Below, in pieces: positions 10,930-21,591 of a stretch of 64,000 bases of DNA; within the stretch, counting starts at the first letter, position 1; each line of letters begins with the position of its first letter. This DNA is from a virus (Duplodnaviria; Caudoviricetes): positions 1-64,000 of IMG/VR virus record IMGVR_UViG_3300038443_002533, one strand, 5' to 3'. The notes below the pieces were generated by a model, which was not told the origin of the DNA, did not search any database, and saw only the letters and a program-made list of their open reading frames with translations. The translations under genes and the position numbers were made by a program.

Positions 10930-12552
10930 ATGCAAAAATCAATGATCCCTTTTAACGTGAGCATCCTATCGCTCACGCCTGCGAAGTTGGCTGGCTTGAT
11001 GCCAATCACCTCGCTGGCGATGTACGATGGTATCACGCACAACTTTCACCCCGACGGTCTGTTCTCAACACGGATATTTGGTCGGGTGGGGGATGATGTT
11101 CGTTCGCGCCGCTACGCCTACATCGACATCAAGGTCGGAGTGTTCCATCCGATCATTTACAATACCCTCGTATCGCTCAAACGCCTGTATGGCGGGATCA
11201 TGTCCGGTAACGAATATGCGCTGTGGAATCCCGAGAAGAAGGATTTCGAGCGCTCCGATGCGATCCGCGGCGAAACCGGTTACCATTACTTTACCCAGTA
11301 CTGGGACAAGATCGATTTCACCAAGACCAATTCGGACAAACGCGATCTGGCGATTCGCTTGATTGAGAAATACAAAGCGGTGGCAATGACCAGCAAAGTG
11401 TTGGTTCTGCCCGCCGGTCTGCGTGACGTGGAAATCGGCGCCGATGGGCGTCCTCGTGAAGACGAGATCAATCCGCTGTATCGCCAACTCATGGGCGTGG
11501 CTAACACGCTGTCCGACATCGCGATTCGCTCCAACCCGGAACTGATCGATCGTGCGCGCTTCAAACTGCAAACCACGTTCGTGAATATCTACGAACTGTT
11601 TGAGCGTCTGATCTACGGCAAGAACAAACTGATCCAAGGTAAGTGGGCCAGCCGCCGCGTGATGAATGGTACGGGTAACGTGATTACCGCCTTGCCAGTG
11701 GAAACCCAGTATCTGGGCGAACAAGGCTCGGTCGGGTTTAACGATACCGCTATCGGCCTGTTCCAGCTGATCAAAGGCATGTTGCCGATTACGCTCTACC
11801 AACTCAAGAACGGTTGGTTGAAACACGCGTTCCCAGACATCAGCCAGCCGGCGTACCTGGTCGACAAGAAAACCCTCAAGCGTCAAGCGGTGCCGCTCAA
11901 GACGGAATACTACGATCGCTTCCAAACCAACGAAGGCTTGGAGAAAGTGATCAATGCATTCCGCGAGGAGTCGCTGCGTGATCTGCCGATGGAAGTTGAA
12001 GGGTATTACCTGGGTTTGATTTACAAAGGCCCGGATGGCACCTTCAAAATCTTCAACGACATCGACGAGCTGCCCGCCGATCGCAAACGCGAACACGTCA
12101 GCCCCCTGACCTTCTGCGAACTCGTGTATCTGTCGGGTTATCGGGTGTGGAATAATTATCCAGCGACTGTGGCCCGCTATCCGATCACGGGTGTGGGTTC
12201 GATCTATCCGACCAACCTGTACGTGCGCACCACCACCGTCGCCGAACGGCGGCGTGAGTTGGACCAGCATTGGGAACCGATGGACGATCAACACATCGCC
12301 TTGGAATTCCCGATCCCGGGTCCGTACATGAAATCCATGTCCCCCCATCCAACCCGTCTGGCCAAACTGGGCGGTGACTTCGATGGTGACATGATGAACT
12401 GCAATATCGCCTACTCGGATGAAGCGATCCGTGAAATTCAAGACTACTTCACCAAACGTCGGGCCTACGTCGGCACCGATGGTCGTTTCATTTCCAGCAC
12501 CGCGGTGCACACAGTGGAACTGGTACTGCATAACCTGACTGGGGATATGTAA
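10930..12552 (+). CDS. Virion RNA polymerase beta' subunit, N-terminal/catalytic part (phiKZ gp180-like)
   Basis: Catalytic DFDGD motif (KLGGDFDGDMMN); beta' motifs 'GLFSTRIFG' and 'LPAGLRD'; 'GKNKLIQGKWASRR'. Confidence 0.9.
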   Translation: MQKSMIPFNVSILSLTPAKLAGLMPITSLAMYDGITHNFHPDGLFSTRIFGRVGDDVRSRRYAYIDIKVGVFHPIIYNTLVSLKRLYGGIMSGNEYALWNPEKKDFERSDAIRGETGYHYFTQYWDKIDFTKTNSDKRDLAIRLIEKYKAVAMTSKVLVLPAGLRDVEIGADGRPREDEINPLYRQLMGVANTLSDIAIRSNPELIDRARFKLQTTFVNIYELFERLIYGKNKLIQGKWASRRVMNGTGNVITALPVETQYLGEQGSVGFNDTAIGLFQLIKGMLPITLYQLKNGWLKHAFPDISQPAYLVDKKTLKRQAVPLKTEYYDRFQTNEGLEKVINAFREESLRDLPMEVEGYYLGLIYKGPDGTFKIFNDIDELPADRKREHVSPLTFCELVYLSGYRVWNNYPATVARYPITGVGSIYPTNLYVRTTTVAERRRELDQHWEPMDDQHIALEFPIPGPYMKSMSPHPTRLAKLGGDFDGDMMNCNIAYSDEAIREIQDYFTKRRAYVGTDGRFISSTAVHTVELVLHNLTGDM

Positions 12553-12554
12553 CT

Positions 12555-15500
12555 ATGCTGTTAGATTTTAACGTCTTTTACCGTACGTATGGCTTGCGTC
12601 GGGTGGAGCAACTGATGACCCCGAAGTTCGGGCGTCTGGAACGCTTCCAACTGCCGCGTAAAGCCATCGTGCACATGGCCCACCTGAGTCCCACGGCGTA
12701 TGGCCCGTCGGATTCGGATGTGGTTCTGCAAGGCTTTTCTGCCGCCATCATGAAAGATGACAAGGTGTTGCAGAAAGCCCAAGCCCGCACGATCTGGGTC
12801 CATCACGTCACGCAAATGGCCCCGGGGATTCTGGGTGCGCCAATCAAACAAGCCGTGCAAGCACCGGTGGTGATTCGTCAATACCACCAACACTATCGTC
12901 GCTTCCGTAATGCGGTCGACGACCGTGCCCTGGCCGATGTCAGCAGCCTGCTGGTGTACAACTACGGCATGCTGCCGCACCTGGTACGCTACCCCCGTGG
13001 TCCGATGAATCACTACCTGGAATGGTACAACATCGAACATACCGTGTGGAGCGAAATCGCCCGGCTGGCCGAGATCAGTGACCGTCCGCAATTCGTGGTG
13101 ATGCATCTGCCGCAGGTATTGCCACCGCGTTCGGTGTTGCAGCAGTACGAAGCGATGGATCCACGCAAACCCATGCAGCGTTTGATGAAGATGTTCTACT
13201 CGAACGAACACCTGTTCCTGGGTGAAGTGTGGAAGTGGTTCGGTCTGCATCGTCAGCAATCCATGCTCGGCAAAGTGCCGCGTCAACACCTGTCGAAAGT
13301 GAACCTGGTATTCCTGGAGTCCGGCCAATGGACTACGGTGAACCTGGGTATGCTCGATAACTGGCGTAAACCCACGCCGGATGAGTTGTTCCCCAACGAA
13401 GTGGTGAAGTCGAACCTGCTCGACCCGACCCGCTTCCAGAACCGCATCCTGCGTTTCTTTATGTCGGTCACGCAGTTGCGTTCGGCCGCTCCGACGGCCC
13501 AAGTCGACGTGCATGATAAACAAGTGTTCGATGCCGATGACCGCGAAGACCTGAAGAAAGAACTGGCCAGCGTCACCAAGGTCGGGGCGGGTCCTGCGGT
13601 GATCGATCCGATGACGGGGATTGCCAAAGTCCCCACCGCAACCCTGAAAGCGGAACTCGGCAGTCCCGCTGACGATAAGCCGGACGACACCGCCGATACG
13701 GTCAAGGTCGATGAGCATCTGGATGCGGCGATCAATGCTGAACTGGATGAGATGGAAAAGGTCTTGCCGACCACCACCGACGACGTTCAGGACGAGCAAT
13801 CGTTGCTGGAGAAACGTCGGGCTGCCATCGAAGTGCCGCAACTGGTGGAAGCGGAGATCCCGTCGCTGGTGCGGTTGCCGCACGATGAAGCCCTGTTGAA
13901 AGTCGCCAAAGCCAAACTGGCGAACGGTACCATCAGTGCCGCGCAGTACCGTAACTACGAACGGGTGGCGAGTGCTTACAAGAGCATGCCTTCCCCGGAT
14001 CCGAAGATGACGGTGGCGGAATTCATCACGATCCCGCCGGAGACGCTGAAGATCGCTGAATCCAAACCGATTCCGGATATCGCCAGTGTGCCGGACAAGT
14101 CGATGCTGAAATCGTCGCTCCTGGACTTCGACCAACGCTACACCCGGGAAGTGATGCAGCGTGACGTCGCCTCGATGGTGATGTGTTTCGCCCAAGCTGG
14201 CTATGGCGTGACCGAGTACAACGTCGAGACGGTGGAAGACCTGATGGGGTCGTACAACATCTACACAGTGCGCTTGCTGCCAACCGATGGGACTGCGTCG
14301 ACGATTCGCTTTAAACTGCCGATCGTAAACGACGATGGTGGTTACGAGAGCAATGGCGTCAAGTATTCGCTGCGTAAACAACGGATTGATATACCGATTC
14401 GTAAAACCGCCCCGGACACGGTGGCCCTGACGAGTTACTACGGTAAAGCGTTTGTGCGCCGCAGTGAAAAGAAAGTCAACAACTACGCCATGTGGATGAC
14501 TAACGGTTTGATGGCGAAGATGCTCGATGAGCAAGACCCGACCATCACCAATGGCCACACCGGCGACATGTCGGACAACACGGTGAAGTTGCCGCGACTG
14601 TACTCGGTGATTGCCACCGCGTTCAGCAGTTTCACCATGACCCCGCAAGTCTACCCGCGTGATCTCGGCCAGCTCACGTTTGAGATGTCGTTTGACCATA
14701 CCAAACGGGAAGCGCTGTTCGGTAAAGAGGCGATGGACAAGTACGAGCAGAACGGCACCATCATCGCAGGTAAGTCGACGCTCGGTACGCACTACGTGTT
14801 GATCACCAAATCCTCCACGGTGGCGATTGCCGGCCCGACCCGTATGGGTGAGCCCGGCATATACCAGTTCCATTCGCTGGAAGAACTGATCGGCATGGAT
14901 CGCCGCAAAGCCCCGGTGGATGTGGCGGTGATGAAGGTCGGTGGTGCTACCATCCCGGTCGGGGTGATCCTGGCTTACGAAATGGGTCTGGAGCCGATGC
15001 TGGCGTTGCTCAAATCGAAGATCCGTCGCGTACCGGCGGGGATGCGGTTGGACCTGGGGTTGAACGAAGAGCCAGTGGTGTTCAATGATGAAACCCTCAT
15101 CTTTGACAAGAACGATACCTTGACCGGATTGTTCCTGGGCGGCTTTAACGAATACCATCGCCACATCCGTCGCTACAATGTCCATCTGTTTAACAGCAAA
15201 GAAGTGTATCTGAACGTGCTGGAAGCCGATGGGTTGGGTGTGCGTTACATTCGTGAGATGGACTTGTTCTACCAAATGTTCATCGACCCGATCACTCACG
15301 ACATCCTGGTGGAGATGAATGAGCCGACGGATATGCGGGCGCTGCTCATCCGTGCTGGCACCATGCTGTTGCGTGACGACCACCCGGATGAACTGGATGG
15401 CGCTTACCAACGTCTGCGTGGTTACGAGCGGATGGCCGGTGCCGTGTACACCGAGATGGTGCGTTCGATCCGTCAACACAACGGCAGTGCCGGTAAGTCG

Positions 15501-16988
15501 CGTTCGCCATTGAACATGGATCCGTACGCGGTGTTCACCGAGATTCAAACCGATGCTTCCAAAGCCCAAGTCAATGAGATCAACCCGATCCAAAACTTGA
15601 AGGAACAAGAAGCCGTGACGTACAACGGTACCGGCGGGCGCAACAGTCGCACCATGACCAAAGCCACCCGCACGTACCACAAGAACGACATGGGTTTGAT
15701 TTCGACCGATACCGTCGACAGCTCGGACGTGGCGATCAATACCTACACCAGTGCCGACCCGCAGTTCACGTCGCTGCGTGGTGTGACGCGGCGTTACACG
15801 CCTGAAATGGGTGCGGCTCCGCTGCTCTCCACTGCGGCGTTGTTGGCACCGGGCAGTGACCGGGATGATCCGAAGCGTGTCAACTTCGTGGGCATTCAGC
15901 ACTCGCACAGCGTGGCCTGTGAAGGTTACCACCAATTGCCAGTCCGCACGGGCTATGAGCAAGTCATCGCTCACCGGACCGGGGATCTGTTTGCTGCCTC
16001 GGCCAAGCAAGACGGTAAAGTCATTTCAGTCTCCCCGACTGGCGTGATTGTGGAATACGCCGATGGCAAAAAGCAAGGGTATGAGATTGGGCGTCGTTTC
16101 GGCAATGCTGCGGGTCTCACGATTCCACACACCGTCATGGCCAACGTCAAACCGGGGCAAGCGTTCAAAGCGGGCCAGATCCTGACCTACAACACGGGGT
16201 TCTTCGAGCCTGATATCTTGAATCCAGATAACGTGGTGTGGAAAGCCGGTATGCTGGTCAAGACCGTGCTGATGGAAGTGCCGGAGACGCTGGAAGACTC
16301 CTCGGCAATTTCGGCACGCCTGGCAGAGAGCTTGGTAACGAAAGTGGCCAAGTACTCAGACATCGTGGTGACCTTCGATCAAGCCATTACGATGAAGGTC
16401 AAAGTCGGGCAAGCCGTCGGCAGCGAGGATATTTTATGCATAATCGAAGACGCTGTGACCAGCCAAGCCAATCTGTTCAACCAAGACTCGCTCAACACCC
16501 TGAAGTTGCTGAGTAACTACGCCCCCCAAGCCAAAGTCAAGGGGATGGTGGAACGCATCGAGGTGTATTACCACGGTGAGAAAGAAGACATGTCGGATTC
16601 GCTGCGCAAGATCGCAGATGCGGGCGATAAAGATTTGGCGGTACGGCTCAGTTCGGCCAACCGCAAAGTCTTGACCGGCAGTGTGGACGAAGCGTTCCGG
16701 GTGGAAGGTGAACCGTTGCAGTTGGAGCACATGTGCATCCGGGTGTATATCACCTCTGATGTCTCCATGGGTGAAGGCGACAAAGGCGTGTTCGCTAACC
16801 AGATGAAAACGGTGGTCGGTAAGAAGTCGACAGCGGAGTACACCACTGAGAAAGGGGAAGTGATTGATGCGGTGTTCGGTGCGACCAGTATCGACAACCG
16901 TATCGTGAATTCGCCATACATCATCGGCATGTACAGCGTCTTGTCGGAATTGGTCGGTCAAGAGGCGTTAGCCGCTTACGAGTCGTAA
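12555..16988 (+). CDS. Virion RNA polymerase beta subunit, large part (phiKZ gp178-like, 1477 aa)
   Basis: beta-like motifs 'DDPKRVNFVGIQHSH', 'EDSSAIS', 'GDKGVFANQMKTVV', 'IDAVFGATSIDNRIVNSP'; uninterrupted ORF. Confidence 0.9.
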   Translation: MLLDFNVFYRTYGLRRVEQLMTPKFGRLERFQLPRKAIVHMAHLSPTAYGPSDSDVVLQGFSAAIMKDDKVLQKAQARTIWVHHVTQMAPGILGAPIKQAVQAPVVIRQYHQHYRRFRNAVDDRALADVSSLLVYNYGMLPHLVRYPRGPMNHYLEWYNIEHTVWSEIARLAEISDRPQFVVMHLPQVLPPRSVLQQYEAMDPRKPMQRLMKMFYSNEHLFLGEVWKWFGLHRQQSMLGKVPRQHLSKVNLVFLESGQWTTVNLGMLDNWRKPTPDELFPNEVVKSNLLDPTRFQNRILRFFMSVTQLRSAAPTAQVDVHDKQVFDADDREDLKKELASVTKVGAGPAVIDPMTGIAKVPTATLKAELGSPADDKPDDTADTVKVDEHLDAAINAELDEMEKVLPTTTDDVQDEQSLLEKRRAAIEVPQLVEAEIPSLVRLPHDEALLKVAKAKLANGTISAAQYRNYERVASAYKSMPSPDPKMTVAEFITIPPETLKIAESKPIPDIASVPDKSMLKSSLLDFDQRYTREVMQRDVASMVMCFAQAGYGVTEYNVETVEDLMGSYNIYTVRLLPTDGTASTIRFKLPIVNDDGGYESNGVKYSLRKQRIDIPIRKTAPDTVALTSYYGKAFVRRSEKKVNNYAMWMTNGLMAKMLDEQDPTITNGHTGDMSDNTVKLPRLYSVIATAFSSFTMTPQVYPRDLGQLTFEMSFDHTKREALFGKEAMDKYEQNGTIIAGKSTLGTHYVLITKSSTVAIAGPTRMGEPGIYQFHSLEELIGMDRRKAPVDVAVMKVGGATIPVGVILAYEMGLEPMLALLKSKIRRVPAGMRLDLGLNEEPVVFNDETLIFDKNDTLTGLFLGGFNEYHRHIRRYNVHLFNSKEVYLNVLEADGLGVRYIREMDLFYQMFIDPITHDILVEMNEPTDMRALLIRAGTMLLRDDHPDELDGAYQRLRGYERMAGAVYTEMVRSIRQHNGSAGKSRSPLNMDPYAVFTEIQTDASKAQVNEINPIQNLKEQEAVTYNGTGGRNSRTMTKATRTYHKNDMGLISTDTVDSSDVAINTYTSADPQFTSLRGVTRRYTPEMGAAPLLSTAALLAPGSDRDDPKRVNFVGIQHSHSVACEGYHQLPVRTGYEQVIAHRTGDLFAASAKQDGKVISVSPTGVIVEYADGKKQGYEIGRRFGNAAGLTIPHTVMANVKPGQAFKAGQILTYNTGFFEPDILNPDNVVWKAGMLVKTVLMEVPETLEDSSAISARLAESLVTKVAKYSDIVVTFDQAITMKVKVGQAVGSEDILCIIEDAVTSQANLFNQDSLNTLKLLSNYAPQAKVKGMVERIEVYYHGEKEDMSDSLRKIADAGDKDLAVRLSSANRKVLTGSVDEAFRVEGEPLQLEHMCIRVYITSDVSMGEGDKGVFANQMKTVVGKKSTAEYTTEKGEVIDAVFGATSIDNRIVNSPYIIGMYSVLSELVGQEALAAYES

Positions 16989-16990
16989 TT

Positions 16991-17016
16991 CCCTGGGGAC
17001 CTTCGGGTCCCTGGGG
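16991..17016 (+). terminator. Hairpin with UUCG tetraloop after the vRNAP beta gene
   Basis: CCCTGGGGACC-TTCG-GGTCCCTGGGG (two G-U pairs); weak U-tract. Confidence 0.6.
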
Positions 17017-17045
17017 GCTCTCTTTGAAGAATCAAAAGGACTAAC

Positions 17046-17243
17046 ATGAAAAACCTTGCATCACTGCAAACGGTGGTGACGCTCGCCAATGCGGCTGAGT
17101 TGACTGCTGGGATTGCCCGAGAAGTTCTCGGCAATGACGTGGCTGACATGGTGGACGGCAATGAACTGACCACCGACGTGGCGCGTGACATCGCTCTGGC
17201 CCACATTCAATCGAAACTGTCTGTGCACACCGGGAGTGTTTAA
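17046..17243 (+). CDS. Small hypothetical protein (65 aa)
   Basis: AAAAGGA SD upstream of ATG; stop abuts the next ATG. Confidence 0.7.
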   Translation: MKNLASLQTVVTLANAAELTAGIAREVLGNDVADMVDGNELTTDVARDIALAHIQSKLSVHTGSV

Positions 17244-18671
17244 ATGCTGAGCACACAAGCCATTTATAAAGCCATCGCACTGGCTGAACAATTCGACGCC
17301 AGCGGCGTGATGGTCGTCCCTCTGGGCGGCTCGCCGTTGCACCACATGGTCGAATCGTCGAACATCACCGCCGACATGGCGTTCAAGAACGAAGACGGCG
17401 GGGTCCTGTTCGACTTCTACCGTATGGAACAAGCGGCCAATGCCAAAGAAGGCATCCTGGATCGTTCGCGTCACGACTACGCCTGCGGCGACTTCATCAA
17501 GCTGGCCGCCGGCTCGGTGCAGAAAGCGCTGTACGTCACGCGCAACATCGTGGCCCCGCGTATCCACGAGCTGCTCGACCTGATCACCCTGCGTCTGGGC
17601 AATGCCCCGGTATCGGAACTGTCCAAGCTCCAGATCACCGAAGAAGCCGATTGCCCAGCGATCTACGGTCCCAACCTGCGTGGTATGGTCGACAAGTTCG
17701 CCAACTACCACAACGGGGAACCGGCGCTGTCGATCGATGGTCCGGAACTCGGCACCGACGAAATCCTGAAGTACATAGAAACCGGCATCGCGTCGGTCGA
17801 CGCCGATCTGCTGCCCTGGGCCGCGGCCCTGCCGGAAGCGACGCTGCAAAACGTGTACCGCAGCTTCTTCACCATCCGCAACGGTCAAGACACGCGCTCG
17901 TACTTCGGCCGCATCGACAAGTCGGTGGTCAACATGGTGCTGGTGTATTGCATCGCCACCCACCTGCTGGAAAACGACGTGGTTCTGGAAGGCGTCTCGC
18001 TCGGTCTGAAAGAATACCGCGCAGCACTGATGGGCCTGCAAGCCCAGTCGGCACACCTGCTGTCGATCCAGATGGAAAACAACGACTCGGCCATCAAGAA
18101 CGGCAACATGGTGCGCAGCATCGTCGGTTCCGACATCCGTGTGTTCCCGCCGGTCTACCGTGAATGGCTCAAGCAAGGCGGCAATACCGACGTGCTGTAC
18201 GGCATGGCGGTGTCGGGTGAACTGGCTTTCACGGTCGATGCGATCACCGACAAAGCCGACCAATACGTGGCAGCCTGGAATCGCTACTCGTCGCTGGTGA
18301 CGGCGCGTGACAGCATGGCCCGTATGAACTTCCTGCGTGAACAACTCGTGATGGCCTACGAGTCGATCCTGGCCAAGCCGGACGCCGACGGCGTGGTGGC
18401 TGGTGCGGTGGCCATCAAGCAAGAACTGGATGCGTTCCGCGACGTGTTGCGTACGATGACGGCGCAAGACACGGACGACCTGCATCAGCTGTGCCTGAAG
18501 CTGGTGTGCCGTGCCTCGTTCCCGGCCAGCCCGGCCGAATTCATCCTGACCCGCATGGATGAAGAAGCCAAGCGCAACCCCAAGCTGTCGCCGCGTGAAG
18601 CCGGCGCCGTGGCGGTGCTGGAATACATCTCCAGCTGGGTGGCGTCGCTGCTGGTGGTCAAGGGTCTGTAA
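17244..18671 (+). CDS. Probable virion head protein (phiKZ gp177-like by synteny, 475 aa)
   Basis: Strong codon bias; lies between the vRNAP beta and prohead protease genes. Confidence 0.6.
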   Translation: MLSTQAIYKAIALAEQFDASGVMVVPLGGSPLHHMVESSNITADMAFKNEDGGVLFDFYRMEQAANAKEGILDRSRHDYACGDFIKLAAGSVQKALYVTRNIVAPRIHELLDLITLRLGNAPVSELSKLQITEEADCPAIYGPNLRGMVDKFANYHNGEPALSIDGPELGTDEILKYIETGIASVDADLLPWAAALPEATLQNVYRSFFTIRNGQDTRSYFGRIDKSVVNMVLVYCIATHLLENDVVLEGVSLGLKEYRAALMGLQAQSAHLLSIQMENNDSAIKNGNMVRSIVGSDIRVFPPVYREWLKQGGNTDVLYGMAVSGELAFTVDAITDKADQYVAAWNRYSSLVTARDSMARMNFLREQLVMAYESILAKPDADGVVAGAVAIKQELDAFRDVLRTMTAQDTDDLHQLCLKLVCRASFPASPAEFILTRMDEEAKRNPKLSPREAGAVAVLEYISSWVASLLVVKGL

Positions 18672-18681
18672 CAGGTAACCC

Positions 18682-19443
18682 ATGGATCATCGCCACTACA
18701 TCCATGATCCAGACCGGGTGAAGTCGTATTTGCGTGAAGTGAGTGGGGGTCGGGTCGCGACGGACGAAGGGCAATCAACCGAGGTGAACAACGCTCGTCT
18801 GGTGGCCGCTAAGCCTGTCAAGATCGTGATCCCTGCTCGCTTTGCCGAACGCGAGTTGGCCTATGTCGGCATTGACACCCGTATCGTTGGCATCTTTGCC
18901 ATGATTGTGGATGACCAGTATTACGGTGTTTCGCTCGCGAATGCCATGATGCGCATCACCCCCAGTTCAACCAGCAAAGTCATGTACGATGAGGACGAGT
19001 ATTACGAGTTCTCCTTCGATGCGGGGGCCACAGTGTGCCCGCAACTCGACCTGGTGAAGATCGACACGTTGGTGTACAACATCTACGACGAGATCATTTC
19101 CAAAGGTCGGGTGCCGTGGTATTTGTCGTATGAGCAACTCGGTATGTTGTTCGATACGGCCAAAGAACACGCAGGGGCCAATATCGGTCAGCAGCAAGAA
19201 GTCACGGAATTGATGGTCTCGATCATCGCCCGGGATGCTGAGGACCGTACCAAGTACTACCGCCAAGTCATTGCCCAGGATCCTCAGAAGAAACCTGTGT
19301 TCATTCCGCTGCGTAGCGTCGCCTATGCTGCCACCAATACGCTGAACAAGTTGGCCGGCAGTTATGCCAAGGACGGGATGATTTCCGCTTTGGTCACGCC
19401 AACCGAACGGGTGGAGCGATTGGAAGAGCTGCTGCGCCGCTGA
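18682..19443 (+). CDS. Conserved virion protein, candidate small vRNAP-associated subunit (phiKZ gp176-like by synteny, 253 aa)
   Basis: Position immediately upstream of the prohead protease and size match the phiKZ/SPN3US arrangement as I recall it. Confidence 0.5.
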   Translation: MDHRHYIHDPDRVKSYLREVSGGRVATDEGQSTEVNNARLVAAKPVKIVIPARFAERELAYVGIDTRIVGIFAMIVDDQYYGVSLANAMMRITPSSTSKVMYDEDEYYEFSFDAGATVCPQLDLVKIDTLVYNIYDEIISKGRVPWYLSYEQLGMLFDTAKEHAGANIGQQQEVTELMVSIIARDAEDRTKYYRQVIAQDPQKKPVFIPLRSVAYAATNTLNKLAGSYAKDGMISALVTPTERVERLEELLRR

Positions 19444-19470
19444 CGCGCTTCCCTCTACAGAAAGTCGATT

Positions 19471-20280
19471 ATGGGAAACATGAATTTGAATTCGGTCGTC
19501 TTTGCCTGTACCTCGCTGGTTGGGGTCAACAAGGTCGGCACCCTGAAACGCGACGAGAATGGTTACTACCCGATGGTGGTGGGCGCCCTGAACGTCTTTA
19601 ACTCGGGCGGCAGCTTTTACCCGCTCAAAGCCGAAGTGCAGGATCTGCTCACCAACAGTTCCGGCTCGTTCCAACGGCGCATCAACCGCGGCGCCCTGCG
19701 CGGTGAACTCGGTCACCCGAAGCCCCCGCCGCGCGCGACCAATCCCGCCGAGCAACGCATGCGGGATGAAGAGTTCGTACGTCGCAATCTGTCGATCTAC
19801 GAAGAGCGGATTTGCTGCCACCACATGAAGATCTGGCTCGACTTCGACTCCGTCAAGGACAAAGAAGGGCGCTCGGTCATCTCGATCATGTCGCTGGTCA
19901 AACCCAGTGGCGAACTCGGGCATGTGCTGCAACAACAACTGGACAATCCGCACGAAAACGTGTGCTTCTCGATCCGTTCGTTCACCGACAACAAAGTCCG
20001 CTTTGGAGTCGAAGAGCGTACACTGAAGGAAGTCATCACGTTTGACTGCGTGAATGAGCCGGGCATCGCGACCGCTGAGAAGTATTTCTCGCCGGCGCTG
20101 GAGAGCAACTACGAGATGGACATCTCGCGTAGTCTCCTCGAACGCGCGATCCTGGAACATCGTCCGAGTGGCATGTCGAATGAGTCGATGGTGATTTCTC
20201 CGGAAGCGTTGTTCAACGCCATCGGGTATCCGCTGCCGAATCAAGCTTCGCTGCGTCGTCCTTCCCTGCACTGGAAGTGA
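19471..20280 (+). CDS. Prohead (head maturation) serine protease (phiKZ gp175-like, 269 aa)
   Basis: T4 gp21-type motifs 'LRGELGHP', 'FSIRS' and 'ITFDCVNEPGI'; C-terminal A-L-E possible self-cleavage site (FSPALES). Confidence 0.85.
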   Translation: MGNMNLNSVVFACTSLVGVNKVGTLKRDENGYYPMVVGALNVFNSGGSFYPLKAEVQDLLTNSSGSFQRRINRGALRGELGHPKPPPRATNPAEQRMRDEEFVRRNLSIYEERICCHHMKIWLDFDSVKDKEGRSVISIMSLVKPSGELGHVLQQQLDNPHENVCFSIRSFTDNKVRFGVEERTLKEVITFDCVNEPGIATAEKYFSPALESNYEMDISRSLLERAILEHRPSGMSNESMVISPEALFNAIGYPLPNQASLRRPSLHWK

Positions 20281-20340
20281 TCCCTACCCTCTCCACCCTC
20301 TCGGGGGTGGAGAGGCGTATGGCGCTAATTGTTTTTACGG

Positions 20341-20359
20341 CTATATCACTAAACTGATC
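20341..20359 (+). promoter_or_regulatory. Early-type phage promoter (TATATCAC)
   Basis: CTATATCACTAAACTGATC, identical to 60379-60397; resembles the phiKZ early TATATTAC consensus. Confidence 0.7.
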
Positions 20360-20462
20360 TAACGGTAATAATCGTTAACAAGTTGCAAAAATGCGATAAG
20401 AAAATAGTCGCCCTCCTCCTGCTATAGAGAACCAGACCCCCTTAACCATAAAGGAATTGCAA

Positions 20463-21014
20463 TTGGGTAATCCAGTCACGCTCATCGCGGAACTGAAAGA
20501 CGCGGTGATTGAAGTCCATGGTCACACTCACAACCTCGCGCTGGTCATGTCCCGCGCCGGCAGCTGCCCACTGATCGACGTCAAGTTGCAAGACCTCGAC
20601 ATGGACACGCTGTTCCAATCCAGCCCGGTTGACATCGGTGTGGATAACCTGTCGCCTGTCGTGTACAAACACAGCGGCAAGATGCTGATCATCGTGGGCC
20701 GCAACCACGTTCTGAAAGCACAGGACAAGAAGCACGCCACCATCGAAGCCCGGCTCCTGACTTCGGTCGCGCTGAAATCGGCCCGCATCGTGGAAGCGTC
20801 GACAGTACCCAGCACTCCGGTGCTGAATACGCCACGCATCATCGACCAGCGTCGCAACACCGCCAGCGCTGGTCCGAGCCACGAACGCACCCGCACCGCT
20901 GACCACATCCGCAACGATGCCGGTCGCCCGCAACACAGCACGCCCCGCCCTTTCACCGGCGAGCCGCGCCCCTCCTTCAGCAAACCGTCCTCCCCAAAGA
21001 AACGGTTTGCTTGA
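20463..21014 (+). CDS. Hypothetical protein with degenerate ParB/Srx-like motif and basic disordered tail
   Basis: TTG start at 20463 has AAAGGA 7 nt upstream (better than 20457); PVVYKHSGKMLIIVGRNHVLKA resembles the ParB PIxV...IIaGERR motif. Confidence 0.55.
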   Translation: MGNPVTLIAELKDAVIEVHGHTHNLALVMSRAGSCPLIDVKLQDLDMDTLFQSSPVDIGVDNLSPVVYKHSGKMLIIVGRNHVLKAQDKKHATIEARLLTSVALKSARIVEASTVPSTPVLNTPRIIDQRRNTASAGPSHERTRTADHIRNDAGRPQHSTPRPFTGEPRPSFSKPSSPKKRFA

Positions 21015-21081
21015 CGCTGTCACCACAGCACTTGTAGCACCCTTTGTTTTACCACCTCAAAAACTTCAAAAAGGAAATGAC

Positions 21082-21582
21082 ATGTCTGACGATAAACTGA
21101 AGCCGGCTGCCTCGCACGCGGAGCTGACCGATAAGATCGAACAACTCGCCAAGCTCGGCAAAAACGGCGTCGGTGAAGCCCTGGACAACATCTACGAGCA
21201 GACCCTGCCGATCGACCTGCCCATCGCCACCGTCGAGCGCCTGCGCGCCCACGACAAAGCCTTCATCGCTGCCAGCGCCGACGCCTTCGGCAACCTGTCC
21301 CGTGCCGCGGCCGTCGCCGATGCCAAAATGACCGAGACCTCGGCCCGCTTCCCGATGGTCGGCGGCTCGTACGTCGATTTCACCTGGGACCGCGAAGTCG
21401 AGCGCAACGCCGGCATCGCTGCCAAGGGCGAAGTCGCACCGAAGAAGACCGTCTACGGCGCCATGTCCGGCAAAGCAGTCATGGGCGGTTCCGACTCCGG
21501 CGCCGGCGAGCTGAACAAGGTGTTCAAGCGCCAGAAGCAAGCCGCCTACGACCTGTTCGCGCCGGCCGCTACCACGGCCTAA
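21082..21582 (+). CDS. Highly expressed hypothetical protein (166 aa)
   Basis: AAAAAGGA SD before ATG 21082 (ORF-track start 20917 is an over-extension); very strong C/G third-position bias like chmA/phuZ. Confidence 0.8.
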   Translation: MSDDKLKPAASHAELTDKIEQLAKLGKNGVGEALDNIYEQTLPIDLPIATVERLRAHDKAFIAASADAFGNLSRAAAVADAKMTETSARFPMVGGSYVDFTWDREVERNAGIAAKGEVAPKKTVYGAMSGKAVMGGSDSGAGELNKVFKRQKQAAYDLFAPAATTA

Positions 21583-21591
21583 GGACCAGCG

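Noticed and set aside
10930-16988. Split RNAP subunits or DNA polymerase as pseudogenes; GGDFDGD as a defective motif
   Set aside because: Split beta/beta' subunits and split family-B polymerase are normal in phiKZ-like phages; the catalytic aspartates are intact.
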